Positions 36,578 to 49,915 of a DNA stretch of 64,000 bases are shown here, one piece after another; the first letter of the stretch is position 1; every line of letters begins with the position of its first letter. The stretch comes from Eledone cirrhosa (Eukaryota). The stretch spans positions 299,460,001 through 299,524,000 of the forward strand of contig OZ024740.1 of NCBI GenBank assembly GCA_964016885.1. Direction: 5' to 3'. The position numbers and the translations under genes were made by a program. Below the pieces are notes generated by a model. That model did no database searches. It saw only the letters and a list, made by a program, of their open reading frames with translations, and was not told the DNA's origin.

Positions 36578-37130
36578 ATGTGTGCATGTGTGTCTGCACG
36601 TGTGTATGTGTATATGTATAATTATAAACTTCTATCTAAATATAAGGAGACATGGCAATCGATTTCCAGGACTAATAATCATATATAAAAACGTGAATAA
36701 TATACTGTATTTGACCATGAAAATTACTTCGTCTAAATTATCACCAAAGTCATCTTTGTTCTTACGCGTGAATGAGAGCTGTTTTGTTTAGTAAATTGGT
36801 TTCACCACGAATAAACATCATCATAATATAAAATTTTGTCAGATAAACTTTTTCGTCTATTTCTTTCCTCTATCTGCTCCTGTTTTATTTCCTTTCTACG
36901 TTGTTCAACGTTCTGCGAATCGCTCACACATTCTCTATCTCTTCCTTCTTTTTACACTGTATAGCTCTTTTACACTTACCTCCTTGTTATGCATCTTTGA
37001 TCCCCCCCCCCCAATCTCGCTCAATATACGTATGTAACCGTGTGTTTATATATGCCTGTATGTATGCACACACATATATTTCATATATACCCCACCCCGT
37101 ACACACACACATATACATATATATATAATG

Positions 37131-37161
<31 letters not shown>

Positions 37162-37285
37162 GTAGATATATATATACGTATATATATATATATCTATATA
37201 TATATATATATATGCATATGTGTGTGTGTATATATATGCATATGTGTATATATATATATATGCATATATATATATATAGAGAGAG

Positions 37286-37316
<31 letters not shown>

Positions 37317-37362
37317 AGTATATATATTTAAAAACAAAAGTATGTGTGCGTATGTGCATATA

Positions 37363-37436
<74 letters not shown>

Positions 37437-37481
37437 AGTATATATATTTTAAAACAAATGTATGTGTGCGTATGTGCATAT

Positions 37482-37531
<50 letters not shown>

Positions 37532-39269
37532 ACAAAAGTATATAAATATATAGTTATTATAGAAAAGCTATTTTGCCACGTTGGCCTTTAAATTAATAGG
37601 AAAACATCATGGAAGCTTTATCGAAATTCTTGCTCTCCTCTCTAGCTCAATCGATCGGTCGTACCAAAACCTCGAATGCTGTATTCGTATAAATATCAAG
37701 TCTATTTAGTTATGCTAACATATTTATGGCCTTCCATAAAACGGTCACATTGAATATATATTAATACTTTCTCCTCTAAATTTTCTTTTAACTCTGACCT
37801 TGACGAAAATGGCAGCGAGCTGAAAGAGATGCGAAATATTGATTAGAAAAACAAATACGAAATCCTTTTATGAACTACATCGAGGCACCGAGAGATTCTT
37901 TATTTGATCACTGAGCCTGCTAGAAATAACAACGCAAACCTCCTCAAATCTCAGAAAAGGAAAGCTATACGTTATGTATGAAGAAAATTGTTGGTCACAA
38001 TTGGAATGCCTCTTTCACCATAGTTCTGCTCAATTACGGTTAAACTAAAGTCAAACAGTGATTCATATATACAGTTAATCTAGTTTAGGCGTTGATAGAT
38101 GAAAGGAATACAGCCTACACTGAATGCATCAACATTTTGGGGTGGGAATACTGGAAAGTTCTCGATTCAACCCATATTTCAATTTCCTTTTTAACCTACA
38201 TGTTTTGCCATAACCCTTCAGCAAACCTTGGTATATTTTGCAGAAAATTAATATTTCTATATTTAGATCGCTTGAAGCTTTGCTCTTACAAAAAGTACAG
38301 ATTGCAAAATACATGAGAAAATTCTAAATAGTGAATCATGAGTGGATTATACAATATTACTCTACATTCACATTTATAACAAGATATATTTTATCATGAT
38401 TATCATTATTAGGAAGAAGGTACTGGGCTGGTAGAATCAGTATTGTAGTGAAAAAAATGATATGGAATATTTAAATATTCCTTTTGCTGGTCTGAGATGA
38501 AATTCATATGGATTGCATTTCATATGCAATTTCTTCCAAGGCCAATAACATAAGTATCAGTCAATTACTGAGATTGACCTAACCGTCTGTGGTATTGCTC
38601 CGAAATTAGAAATAATGGTTTAGTTTTATGGACTTTAAACCTAAGTGTCCTTATATTCAGAGTTCAAATATTGCTAGACGGAAAGTAAATTTAACTAATA
38701 TATTTTCCCTTTGATCCTTCTGATTTGGGCGATAAAATCGTATTTTGCTTCCTCCCAAAACTGATGGTTCTGTGCCAAAATTAGAAACGATTATGTGCCC
38801 CAGATATCACTGAAAACTCGGGCTTCGGAATAGCTTGTTACAAATTAGCAATATATGTTCATTTTCCATATAGCTTTCCGGCTGGTGTGGTAGAAGCTAT
38901 ATACGCATATCATTGATTAAGCGTAGAAAATAAAGACAATTAACTTTACAGCTATCAATGCTTTCAATCACCAAATAAATAAACTTTACATAAAATAGAA
39001 ATGTAAAACAATGCTAATTGATTTCTTTATAGAGGAGAGAGATTAAATAACTATTACTTCATGAAGTTATCTTAACTGAACTTGCCTCAGGTAGAAATCA
39101 ACTCTAATGCAGAGGATTGTCTTATTCTGGAAGTAAACAGTTAACAGATGCTTTGCCGTTGATAATGGATAAATCTAACGTGTTTCCCAAATACTTTCCT
39201 GAGCGTTAGGCCTTTTCTCTTACTAACAACAAATCAATTATTTATTGTATTCTTGACATACTTCTTTTT

Positions 39270-40030
39270 TTTTCTTTTTCTTCGCCACTTATTCCTAAGA
39301 CGGTCGTGGACGCAGATTTCTCAAACACTCCTTCCTGCGGGTCCTGTCAGGAGCACACCTCTCTAACTGATCCGGCTAGATCCCTAAGTGAGACCACCCA
39401 AGCTCATCGATGTTATGCAACCATCTTACTCTTTGTCTAGCCTTAGGTTACATTCCGGTTGGTTTTTTACCGTAAAATCTGTCCAGCAATTCATTCTTGA
39501 GACATTCTAGCCATATGTCCATATTATCGAAATAGTACCGGCTTTAACTGGATGGACTCTCTGATCTCCGAGCTTCGTACTCTATCGAGTAACCTTAGTC
39601 CAAAGACCCTTCGAAGAAAACACTTCTCAACCGCTTGTATTTCGGGATCGTATACTTTCGGTCATTACCCAAGATTCATGACAATAAGTAAGGGTTGGCA
39701 CCAATACCGAATTGCAGATAGTGAGTTTGGCTTTTACACCAGCCTACCTTTATCTGATTACCGAATGTTGAAGCTGGCTCATTACGGCACCAACCCGGTA
39801 ATTCTTACACATAATGCAGCCTCTTGCCTTCCACTGCTCGTGAATACGGCCCCGAATTACTTGAACTTCACCAATTTCAGAGGAACTCCATTCACTTTTA
39901 TACTGCACTGCGCAGGCTTCCTTGAGAGGATGAGTGTCCCAGATTTCGCAGCACTGGTTTTCATTCCAGTTATGCAGCAGTCGGCATCAAACCTACCAAG
40001 TACAAGTCGGAGATCACCTTCTGTCAAGTT
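39270..40030 (-). mobile_element. Degenerate 3' part of an RTE-clade LINE
   Basis: Minus-strand remnants of PTLTY..ESWVMTE, YGHMARM and RWLHNIDELGW motifs; T/C-rich 3' tail on the plus strand. Confidence 0.65.
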
Positions 40031-40849
40031 ACGTAACTCTTGATATACTTATACTTACTAATTACTAATGAAGACCACATCTACTTTCCTTGGAGCTTTC
40101 TATTTACTCTATTCGACATGGGTTTCGTTTTACTTTAGAACACACACGAACCATATAAATTATATCGACTTCTTTTTACACGCAACAAATAGGAATTTGT
40201 GACATTTATGCTTTCCTTAGAGACATAATCTTTATATATGAAGTACTCACATTTAGGAATTGAAACTGAATCCCATATCGAGTTCTCCGGGATTTACTTC
40301 TACATTGCGGCACACACACGCTATGTCAATTATAGTCATTTTAACAATTCTACATACCATAAGCAGTCTTTTCTGAAACCTTCCTTGTGTATTTAATCAT
40401 ATCTGACAACACCACATTTTACTGTAATTAAATAACTAAATTCAATCAGTATTTTTTACCGTCTTTTCTTGCAGTTCGTATTGTATTGAAAACTAAAGAC
40501 AGTTATCTTCTGTTGTTTAGTTTTAATAGCATTATATACACGTGTCATTCTATTTTCTTAAGGAATTTTATAAGAGAATCACGCCTGTATCAATAACTTT
40601 GTCTTAAATAACTTTTATTAGAAATCATTCACACGCACATGTGCATGCAGTATTTCTGAGAAGAAGCGGCGAGACAACAAAATATATCATAAGATCTACA
40701 CATGTTATGTAAACTCTTCTTTCAGACCACTTGTTTCGATAAAGTTGAAATCTGTTTCTATGATTCTTATTTTAAGAACAAGCAGCCAAATATGACAGGC
40801 GTATTTTTCACATGTGTCTATCAAACCATTATTTATTTCGCGTCAGGGT

Positions 40850-41040
40850 GGTGGTTTGACAGTATCGGTAGAGGGTCGGACAACAGGCTTTGCAGCACAG
40901 AGTTACGCCCCTTTCTGATCTGAGTTCAAATCCTGCCGAGTTTAACTTTGCCTTTCATCCTTACAGGGTGTGTTAAAATAAATAATCAGTAATGCATTGG
41001 GATTATTGCTGGCCTTGTGCCAAAAGTAGAAACAATTATT
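40850..41040 (+). mobile_element. SINE, main family
   Basis: GAGTTCAAATCCTGCCGAG..GGCCTTGTGCCAAAAGTAGAAACAATT. Confidence 0.8.
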
Positions 41041-41211
41041 TATTTCTCGTCATGGTTAATGAAGTAGAAGATATAGAATGACCCACTAATACCGGAGTTA
41101 TCTTTGCTTTCCATACATTCATAATCTATACATATACCAGTCATATACGGTTGGAGTTCCAGCAGCTATGCTACACCACTTATATGAAAATTGATGGTTA
41201 TCCTTGTTCTT

Positions 41212-41380
41212 GGATTGGCAGTATCGGTAGAGGTCGGATGCCATGCTTTGCAACATGGAGTTACGGCCCTTTATGATCTGAGTTCAAATCCGGCCGAGGT
41301 TAACTTTGCCTTTCATCCTTACGGGGTCGATAAAATAAAGTACCAGTTATGGCCTTGTGCCAAAAGTAGAAACAATTATT
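41212..41380 (+). mobile_element. SINE, main family
   Basis: Same body, with TTCATCCTTACGGGGTCGATAAAATAAAGTACCAG. Confidence 0.8.
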
Positions 41381-44300
41381 TGAAGTTATGTGAAGGCGCG
41401 TGGCTTTGCCTTTAGGTGATTGGGTTCACAATCGTAAGTTCATCACTTCGGCTCCCGGCTGCACATTGAGTTTCATATCAATTTTTATTACTAGTCACGA
41501 AACTAACCCTTTGTTGGTTAGTTTAGAAAACAAATGGTCTGATAATTGTCAAAGCATTCTGTTACCTTCACAATGACTTCTTTAACCTTTTGTCTCCACC
41601 TTTCTATTTTGCCCCATTTACGTCAATTTTTTTCTTTTCTTTTCATCTTTCTGTGGTGTGTGTATATTATGCGCATACATATGTGCGTGTGTATGCATGT
41701 ACACAAATGTGTGTGCGTGGGTATGTATTTATATATTGCTGTGAGTATGTATTTTTATATTGCCACAGTTTTATCTGTGCGTTTATCCCTATCTGCATAT
41801 GTCTGCCCCCCAGTGCATCTATCCTTGTATTTAAAATTTAGGGCTACATTGTCAAAAGTATCCTTTCTTAAGACAGCAGTTATAATTTGATAACATTTGA
41901 CTGCTATTTCTAGGACTTCTGACAGCACACTGTAGACACGTCTCCATATACTTTTTCAATATTATAACCCTAAATTTATTTAAGAAGAATGTTAAATATA
42001 TATATTTGTTTTTATATAATGAATAAGTTAACTAATTTTCTCTATAATGAATTAGGTTAATATTTCTTTTTCAGTAAGCCTGTATATTTCAGGAGACCGA
42101 AACTGAGACATAAATTCCTTTCCCGTTGTTGCTTACATCATAAAACATTAAAAGTATAGAATTCGTACCATTGTTTACACATGTTTATTCTCCATACACA
42201 TTACTAATGAAAAATGTGACATATTCGATTTCTAATTTATAAGCATTAGGTAGCAGAAAATATATAGAACGTTTGTTGCACATGGAAATCTGTATTGGCT
42301 ATGTAGTTAAATTTACTGAACTGGCACTTTGTGTAAGTAAACTGACTAGCAACATCCGCCCGCAATGTATTATTATATGTCCTAATATGTGCAACAAGCA
42401 ACGTTGTACTGCTTCAATATTTTATCACATAGCTGTAGACGACAGGGCACATAGATTTCAGGGAGGTTTAGCTGTTACTTCTTGTAGATCAAGTGATCAT
42501 ATAGTGTTACCTTCAGTTTAGATTTTTGATTAAGACCAATACTGCACTCAGTCTGTATAAACTGTATTTATTTTTAAAAGACTCACTGCACATTGGCATC
42601 ACAAGATTTTGCAGTACTTTGGAATCGCCCTATAACGGATTCCTTTCTTCAATAAAGTGAATATAGTAAATTGAATTAACCATATTTAGTTGCACTTACT
42701 TTAATGGTTCTGGTGAAATGAAAGGCAAAGTTGATACTAAATTGTTGGCCGTGTAGCTTCTTGTAATTAGTGAATAACATTGAGATGACATCTCACTGTG
42801 GTTTCTTATTTAGTATTTACTACAGAGGTAATAAAGCTTTTCGTGACTTCTTGCTAACCAACTTTTGGGTGGTTGATTAATTTGCGAGAAGCAGAAGATA
42901 TATATGACACTGTTGCATTCTGTATTCACTGGACAGTAGATATATATATATAAAGAGCTATACATATAAAAAGCTTTGTTGACACGAAGTATAATTAGAA
43001 AACAACATGCTGATGCACACAACTAGTCACATATCAGGCACGTTTTATCGTATATTTGACTGCTAGGTGAATTGTTACATTTCAGAGTTGTCTCCTCGGA
43101 GAAAAATGTAGCACTGGTGACAAAATATGAAGCCATATTAGTTGTCCAACTCTCTAACTAATGATAATACCTTTAAGTATTTGCATGATTCAATAGAAAC
43201 AACAAAATATATATCACTCAAATTGTAGTATTTTGTTGCTAATAAGAATAAGTCATAAAACTAGATCCTAAAAGACAGAGCAGTTCAGATTTTAGTTTTG
43301 TTGGTCATATATTTCTTCGATCAGAGTTACTTCGTGATAATTAATCAGTAACAGCAGAATGAATAAATCAAGATATAGCTCCCTTTATAGTAAATTAGTC
43401 AATTACACTTTACCTACTGTTTCATAGTATCTTTATGTAACAGTATACGACTACACCAAATATAGTGTGTCCTCTTATTTCTTCGTTACACGATCATATT
43501 TTATATATCTCTATATTTCCACTTATTAAACATTATGTGACGATAAAAGACTAAACATAATAAACTACTAAACAAAATAAACTACTAAACATTTATAATT
43601 TTTGATTCCTTGAATTGCCCTAAACCGTTTAATATGTATTTGTGTGAATTTAAGCAAACGAATCGGGTTTCATTGGGGTTTCACGTATAACAAAAGCTGT
43701 GTTTCTACTAGGCTTCTGAAACATATTTCAGTCCTGAGCGGTTATGAATTATTGTTATCTACAAACACACCGTGTATTAATATACTGCTGCACAAAATAT
43801 GTATTAGTTTATAAAGTATTGGTACATAAATTTTTCAGAGAATTCATGAAATGTATTCATGTGTCCGACTGCATACACAAACGTCTTCCATTCATTGACC
43901 TTCCATTCGGTTGTATCAACTAGAATTGCTTTGTTCTTCACATTTTGTTATCGTGACAACTATTCAATAAAAAACAACGGAAGTACACCAAAAAAACGAC
44001 AATAACAAAACAAACTAAGCACGAAAACAATGCTGCACTTGTAATATATTCTCTAAATGTTGCTCTAAAAATGCTTCATGTTATATCAGAAAATATTGTA
44101 CAATTCTCTAGGGAATGCTTTCTACTTCGAAAAAGCAACAACATTTCGGGATTAAAATATTTTCAGTTGAATTACTGCACAACTGACGCAAGAAAAAAAA
44201 AATATAAACGTATCATTCTATTGTAATGTCGAACAATTCAAACGGAAAGTATCGTAGGCATAGAAGCACTTGCCTGGTATGATTGGACCAACTGAAAAAT

Positions 44301-45116
44301 GCAAAAGTGATAGAAATAATAATTGGCTACGTTTTTGCCGTGAAATATTCAGGTGTACACGACAGGAAAAGCAGATGTTTTGTACATTTCTCTCATGCTA
44401 CTGGAAATATGATAGTCAATACCTAGAGAACATTATATTCTTTGCTGTTTATTTTATAGTTTAGGTTCTAGATATTAATTCTAAACGGAATTAGAATCAG
44501 TTTAGATGAGCCTTTTCAAACAACCAAACAATCATTTTATGTATACTACAATGAATCATAGGAGAAATTATAGCGCTGGTACATTTTTTTATTTAGTCAA
44601 TTACAGTTCCTGTTTAGTGTGCTATGTTGCGTTTCTTGGAAATTCACCTACTGTTTGTTGGCTCGGGGATTCGGGATTAAATATATACTTCGGGAAGCAG
44701 CATTAACTCTTCTGCTTCGAATAACTGAAAAAAGATTTCATAGTTTGAAATTATCCCAAAAGCTACTTGAGTGTTGCTTTATAGTCGCATATGCACACAC
44801 ACGATCGCACACATATATGCATAAGCACACGTACACACGCGCAGGCACACATACACGCAAAATAAAGGTGAGTCGACAAAGGCAGTTTGATATGCTAGAA
44901 AAAGCAACTAAATTCTCCTTTAATCGCACTCTTCCGCTTTAAGAAGAAGATATGTAAAACTATATTATATAATATACACTAGGATATAGGATATATGGGA
45001 AAGCCGATCAGATAGTCAAGCCTGGAATACTTTTGATAATTTTGATCATAAGTCTTCTTAAATAAGGCCAACCTGCAATTAACACACAGATGCGCATTCT
45101 AGGTTCATATATATAT

Positions 45117-45299
45117 AAGTTTTAATATAGATGAGATTCTACAGGACTAGAACTGTTTCATTCTTTAGAAATCATCAGGAAAAAGAATGAAACAGTTCTA
45201 GTCCCGTAGAATCTCATCTATATTAAAACTTTTATACTCTGCTATGTATTGAGTACCTTACTTACTGTGGTTACCTTCGATTCAACCCGGAATAACTTA

Positions 45300-45301
<2 letters not shown>
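45117..45301 (+). mobile_element. Short fold-back copy of the 32-kb family
   Basis: Inverted segment 45118-45181 (HHR on minus, 45134-45181), then GAAACAG..GTA and a tail matching the reverse complement of 32012-32079. (AT)n flanks. Confidence 0.8.
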
Positions 45302-45365
<64 letters not shown>

Positions 45366-45514
45366 GATACAAGGACGATTTGTTAAGCTTTCGTTACGTT
45401 TATTGATTGGTGACGAGCGTTTCACTATTGATCAGCTCAAGGTTCGACCTGTATCGAACTGGCCCGAGTGCTCACCTTGGTGAACCTACAGTAACTTCAC
45501 GTTACAATCCCTGG

Positions 45515-45589
<75 letters not shown>

Positions 45590-45705
45590 TGCGTGTGTGT
45601 GTGTGTGTGGTATGTCACCATGAATGAACCTGTTATTTTTATCTAAATACACTTTTTCCAAATCCAACCCGCCCTTCCCATCAATCAATCTTAATTCTCA
45701 TTCTT

Positions 45706-45741
45706 TCTTCTGACGAAGGACTAGCGTCCGAAACGTTAAGA
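45706..45741 (+). ncRNA. Minimal type I hammerhead
   Basis: UCUU-CUGACGA-A-GGAC(UAGC)GUCC-GAAACGUU^-AAGA, with palindromic ACGU stem III. Confidence 0.8.
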
Positions 45742-45822
45742 CCCTCTTCCTGCTATATCAAGCGTTAACCTAATATATCCTTTCCACATACTTCATCGAT
45801 TGTGTTGTTATTTCTGTTTACC

Positions 45823-45908
<86 letters not shown>

Positions 45909-46449
45909 GGAGAGAGAGAGAGAGAGAGAGAGACATCCTGAGTAAATTCGGGGGTAACCACACTAAATAAGGTACTCTATATATTAGTAGAATTTAATCA
46001 TCCATAGAAATGAAACAGTTATGTTCCTGTAGAAGCCATTTCTATATTAATTAATGATATTTCTATATATTTATATACAGTTGACTTAGAAAGCACAATG
46101 AATTAACATTCTAAATCTATGTAAGTGTTTGTCATGAAAAGTTTTCGATTAGGTAACCCGAGTAAAATATTACTTATATATTCCAAGTATAGTATGAAAA
46201 AGGACGGTGCCACATCTTAAAGCTTTAATTGCCAGCGAAAGAAACATCTTAAATATCCATTGCTGGATTCGCCACTTGAGAACTTGACATCTACTGCAAG
46301 AGACAAACTCTTATATTATGGACATCATATGGGATTATATTTACTAAAGATATATTGTGATTTACATCAGCCAAAATATATATGTATAATTATGAATTCA
46401 ATGACATGCCTAATGTTTTATTAAACTGAAGCATATCATTCTAATATAA

Positions 46450-46625
46450 TCGTTTCTACTTTTGGCACAAGGCCAGCAATAACCCAGTGCATTACTGGTA
46501 CTGTATTTTATCGACCCCGTAAGGATGAAAGGCTAAGTTTACCTCGGCGGGATTTGAATTCAGACCATAAAGAGACGTAACTATGCTGGAAAACATGGCG
46601 TCCGATCCTCTACCGATACTGCCAA
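46450..46625 (-). mobile_element. SINE, main family
   Basis: Reverse complement of the SINE body. Confidence 0.8.
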
Positions 46626-46879
46626 TATTCACACGATATGAAAATACTTGCAAGTAGATTTATAAATATGCATAAACCAAGGGCGGTACCCCAGCATGGC
46701 TTCAGCCGGATGGCTGGAATAGGTAAAAGAGTAAAATAGTAAACCTCGTGTAAAAAGGAGTAACGTGAAAATGTTTCGGGACTGTGTTCATTGTGTTTCT
46801 TAATTGCCTAGCAGATGTAAAAATGGGTGTAATGCAGATGTAAAAATATAATACACTCGAACGTTTTCTTAAGTGTAGT

Positions 46880-47830
46880 TTGTCGACGATATTTTCGAAC
46901 AGAAATTATACAATGCTGGAAAACGTGAGGCCGCCTGTGAGACGTGGGACCGGCTGGGACTTAGCCCAGTAGACGTCCCTCCTCCTTCTCTCCCTGTTGA
47001 CGTCAAGTCCCCCCCAACGCACATGGGATGCCATCCAGTGCAGCCTGGCCTCATGCGCCAGCTCGACCAACACCGCCTTGCTTGTTTTCGTGCGGCATCC
47101 AAACCCCACAGTGGTGCCTGGCTCCATGCCCTGTCCTCCTTCTCCACTGGTACGCAGCTAGACAACCATAGCCTGCGCATCGGCGTTTCCCTGAGGTTCG
47201 GCCTCCGGATCTGCCAGCCATACCAATGTCGCTGCGGTTCCACCGTAGAATCTTTCGGCCCTCACCCGCTTTCCTGTCGCCACAGTGCCGGCCGCATTCC
47301 ACGCCATGCTGCCCTCAACCACGTCATTAAGCATGGCTTGGACGCTGTAGGCTTCCCTTCCCAGCTCGAGCCGATGGGGCTGGATGGAGGAGACGGCAAA
47401 AGCCAGATGGCATGACCACCTTCCCGTTGCGCGGTGGCAAACCCCTCGTCTGGGATGCCACTTGCACCGACACTCTCTGCAGCCGTACCCTGGTGCAGTC
47501 TGCGACTGACCCAAGTTCTGCTGCACGTCGGGCTGAGGGGGCCAAACTCCTCAAATACCGGTGGCTCTCCGACAGGTTTGCGGTCGTACACCTGGCAGTG
47601 GAGACTTCTGGTGTCCTCGGCCCCAAGGCTACCTCCTTACTCACCACCATAGGCGCTGAGCTGGCCAGCCGCAGGTGTGAGCCTCGCGAGTTGGAGTGGC
47701 TTTTCCAGCACGTCTCCCTTTCTGTCCTCCGGGGAAACGCCTTCTCCATTCTGTCCGCCGGGGTTGTGGGTGGGCCCCATCGCGTACCGTTGTAATTGTT
47801 GTATACAGATATCAACTCAGAAGAAGAAAT
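46880..47830 (+). mobile_element. 3' part of a CRE-clade non-LTR retrotransposon (RLE domain), frameshifted
   Basis: SGAWLHAL..LRFG..CRCG..HPLSC..RHAALN..PDG..WDATC..KLLKY..AVETSG..SLSVLRGNA. Confidence 0.85.
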
Positions 47831-47859
47831 TATATACTCAGCAGGAAACCAAATATTTA

Positions 47860-48125
47860 TGGATTAAATGAGTTATGAAAAAAGAACGGGAAAAGCGTAA
47901 AGAAGGGCAGATCTGGCTGTATAAGAAAATAAACGAAAATACTATAAATGCCATAAATGTGAAGAAAGAGAAGGGGAACTGTGTTTCTGCTGCACCCTGC
48001 AGATAATACAGCAATGGCATTTCCACGGACAATGGCCAGTGACACCCCCTGTAACAGCCAGCTAACCTCACAGGGCTCTTTCCCCAGACGGGCTGCTGAC
48101 GTTCCGACTGCATTAGAAGTTGACT
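47860..48125 (-). mobile_element. Extreme 3' fragment of a second CRE-clade element
   Basis: Minus strand SWLLQGVSLAIVRGNAIAVLSAG. Confidence 0.65.
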
Positions 48126-49689
48126 ATTTCCTCGAATATTCAACGATTTAAATACTGGAATAAATTCTCTTAAACTATAACACGTTTTCTTAATGGTGAT
48201 AGATTAAGAATAAAACAAGTCCTCGTTTAATAAAATATAAGAACATATCAAAAGTTTAGTAACTAAATCCTCGTGCACACATACACACAAAGACATACGA
48301 GTATATATATTTATAAGATGATAGTCATATGTACAATATTTAAACATGTTCAATTCCACCTGTAGAGTGAAATGGTGTCATTGGATATTTCTATTTGCCA
48401 GAGTCACAGTCTCTGAGTATTTCGAACGACCTAATCGTTTAGAATCTGTCAATCTAATGAATTATTTTCGATATGCAATGTAGATTTGTGAATATTCCGC
48501 AGGTCTTCATTTAATATTCCAAGAAGTAGGCGATTTAATTCTCCTCTATTACAACTGTTCTATAATTGATTTGCCTGCGATGATACCGTGTTAGATGTTA
48601 AACTATATTTTATTAACTCTTGTCCCTTAGATATATATATGCTGTTATTACAATGTTAGCTGAACCAATGCAGTAGTTTGGAATATTTCTTTGAAACCCA
48701 ACAAAAGGTAATCCTTGTTTTAAGCGACATATCATCAAAAGCATACCAGCCGTCACTAATCTGCTCTTTTTATTTAAGACATAGTATATGTAGAAACAGA
48801 TTATCCAATATATACTTCCATTTTGTAAGAGCTTACTGTTATGTTGCTTGGCGACTCCATCGTTCGCCCTCTATCATGAGTATGGGAAACTGTTAATCAT
48901 ATGAAATTTATAGTAAAGTTACTGCGTATATGGTATGATTTTAATAATGGTTTTATTCGAAAGTATCTTAATTTGCAGTTGCTATGGTCCTTATAGAACG
49001 CTTTAACGTAATCCATATTTCGCCAAAATATCATACAGCAAACGCCATTTATGATCTTTAGAACATTGTGATGGTTTTCGTTGAAACTCAAGCAGTCGAC
49101 ATCAATGACTGGGGTCACTTGCTTGATTGCGCGATCAAATGATCTAATTCTACTCCGAATAGCAAAGCTCCAACGTGTCTTTTCAATGAATGCATATTTT
49201 ATTAAATGCAAAGAGTTTTGGTGTAGTTTATAAGGCAATTCTTAATAGCAATTATTCTATATTACATTCACAAAGTTATGAAAACATATTATGCCTAATA
49301 ACATCTGGCGTTTTATGAGCGATTTTCATCCCAAATTATTTCTTCTTTAATAACTTTTACATACACATTAAATAAGTAAATGAATAAATATATATGAATG
49401 AATATTAATGAAATGTGTATATATATTATCAATTATGTTCAGTAACCTCCGACAGCGCTCATAAAATATTGTTTACATAATAATCTAATAATTTCTTTAT
49501 TTAATTTTAAAAATAATGTTCATAATGCATTTATTGTCATGTCTTTACAACTAGATGATTCTTTTAATACTTATACGTAGATAGGGAAATATATATGGCC
49601 TAAATCTGAGATATTTTGTTATTCATGTCGTATATATAATGTGTGGGCGGTATCCACAAAATTATGCCGACAGAAAGCTACTCTATCAA

Positions 49690-49915
49690 GTAACGTTACA
49701 GTGAAGATCCTTTTCGTCCGCTTGCATTCACGTTCGTATTTTTTCGGTCATTACTCAAGATTGATGACCATATTTTAGGGTTGATACGAATACCGAATTG
49801 AAGATTGTGAGATTGGCTTTTATACCTACTACCCTTCTTCTGATTACCGAATGTTGCAGGAGGCACATTATCCCACCTCTTGCAATTTATGCACTTAATT
49901 CAGCCTCCTACCTTC
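49690..49915 (-). mobile_element. Old RTE fragment related to 39630-39840
   Basis: Shares TTCGGTCATTAC.CAAGATT.ATGAC..ATACCGAATTG..CTGATTACCGAATGTTG. Confidence 0.6.

Noticed and set aside
36204-37591. Many YI/IY-rich ORFs here and at 25.2-26.5, 54-55 and 62 kb
   Set aside because: Translations of (AT)n/(CA)n microsatellites.
45362-45515. Minus-strand GAAACGCUCGUC half-hammerhead between (AT)n tracts
   Set aside because: The core upstream reads CUGAUCA without a proper stem II; suggestive only.
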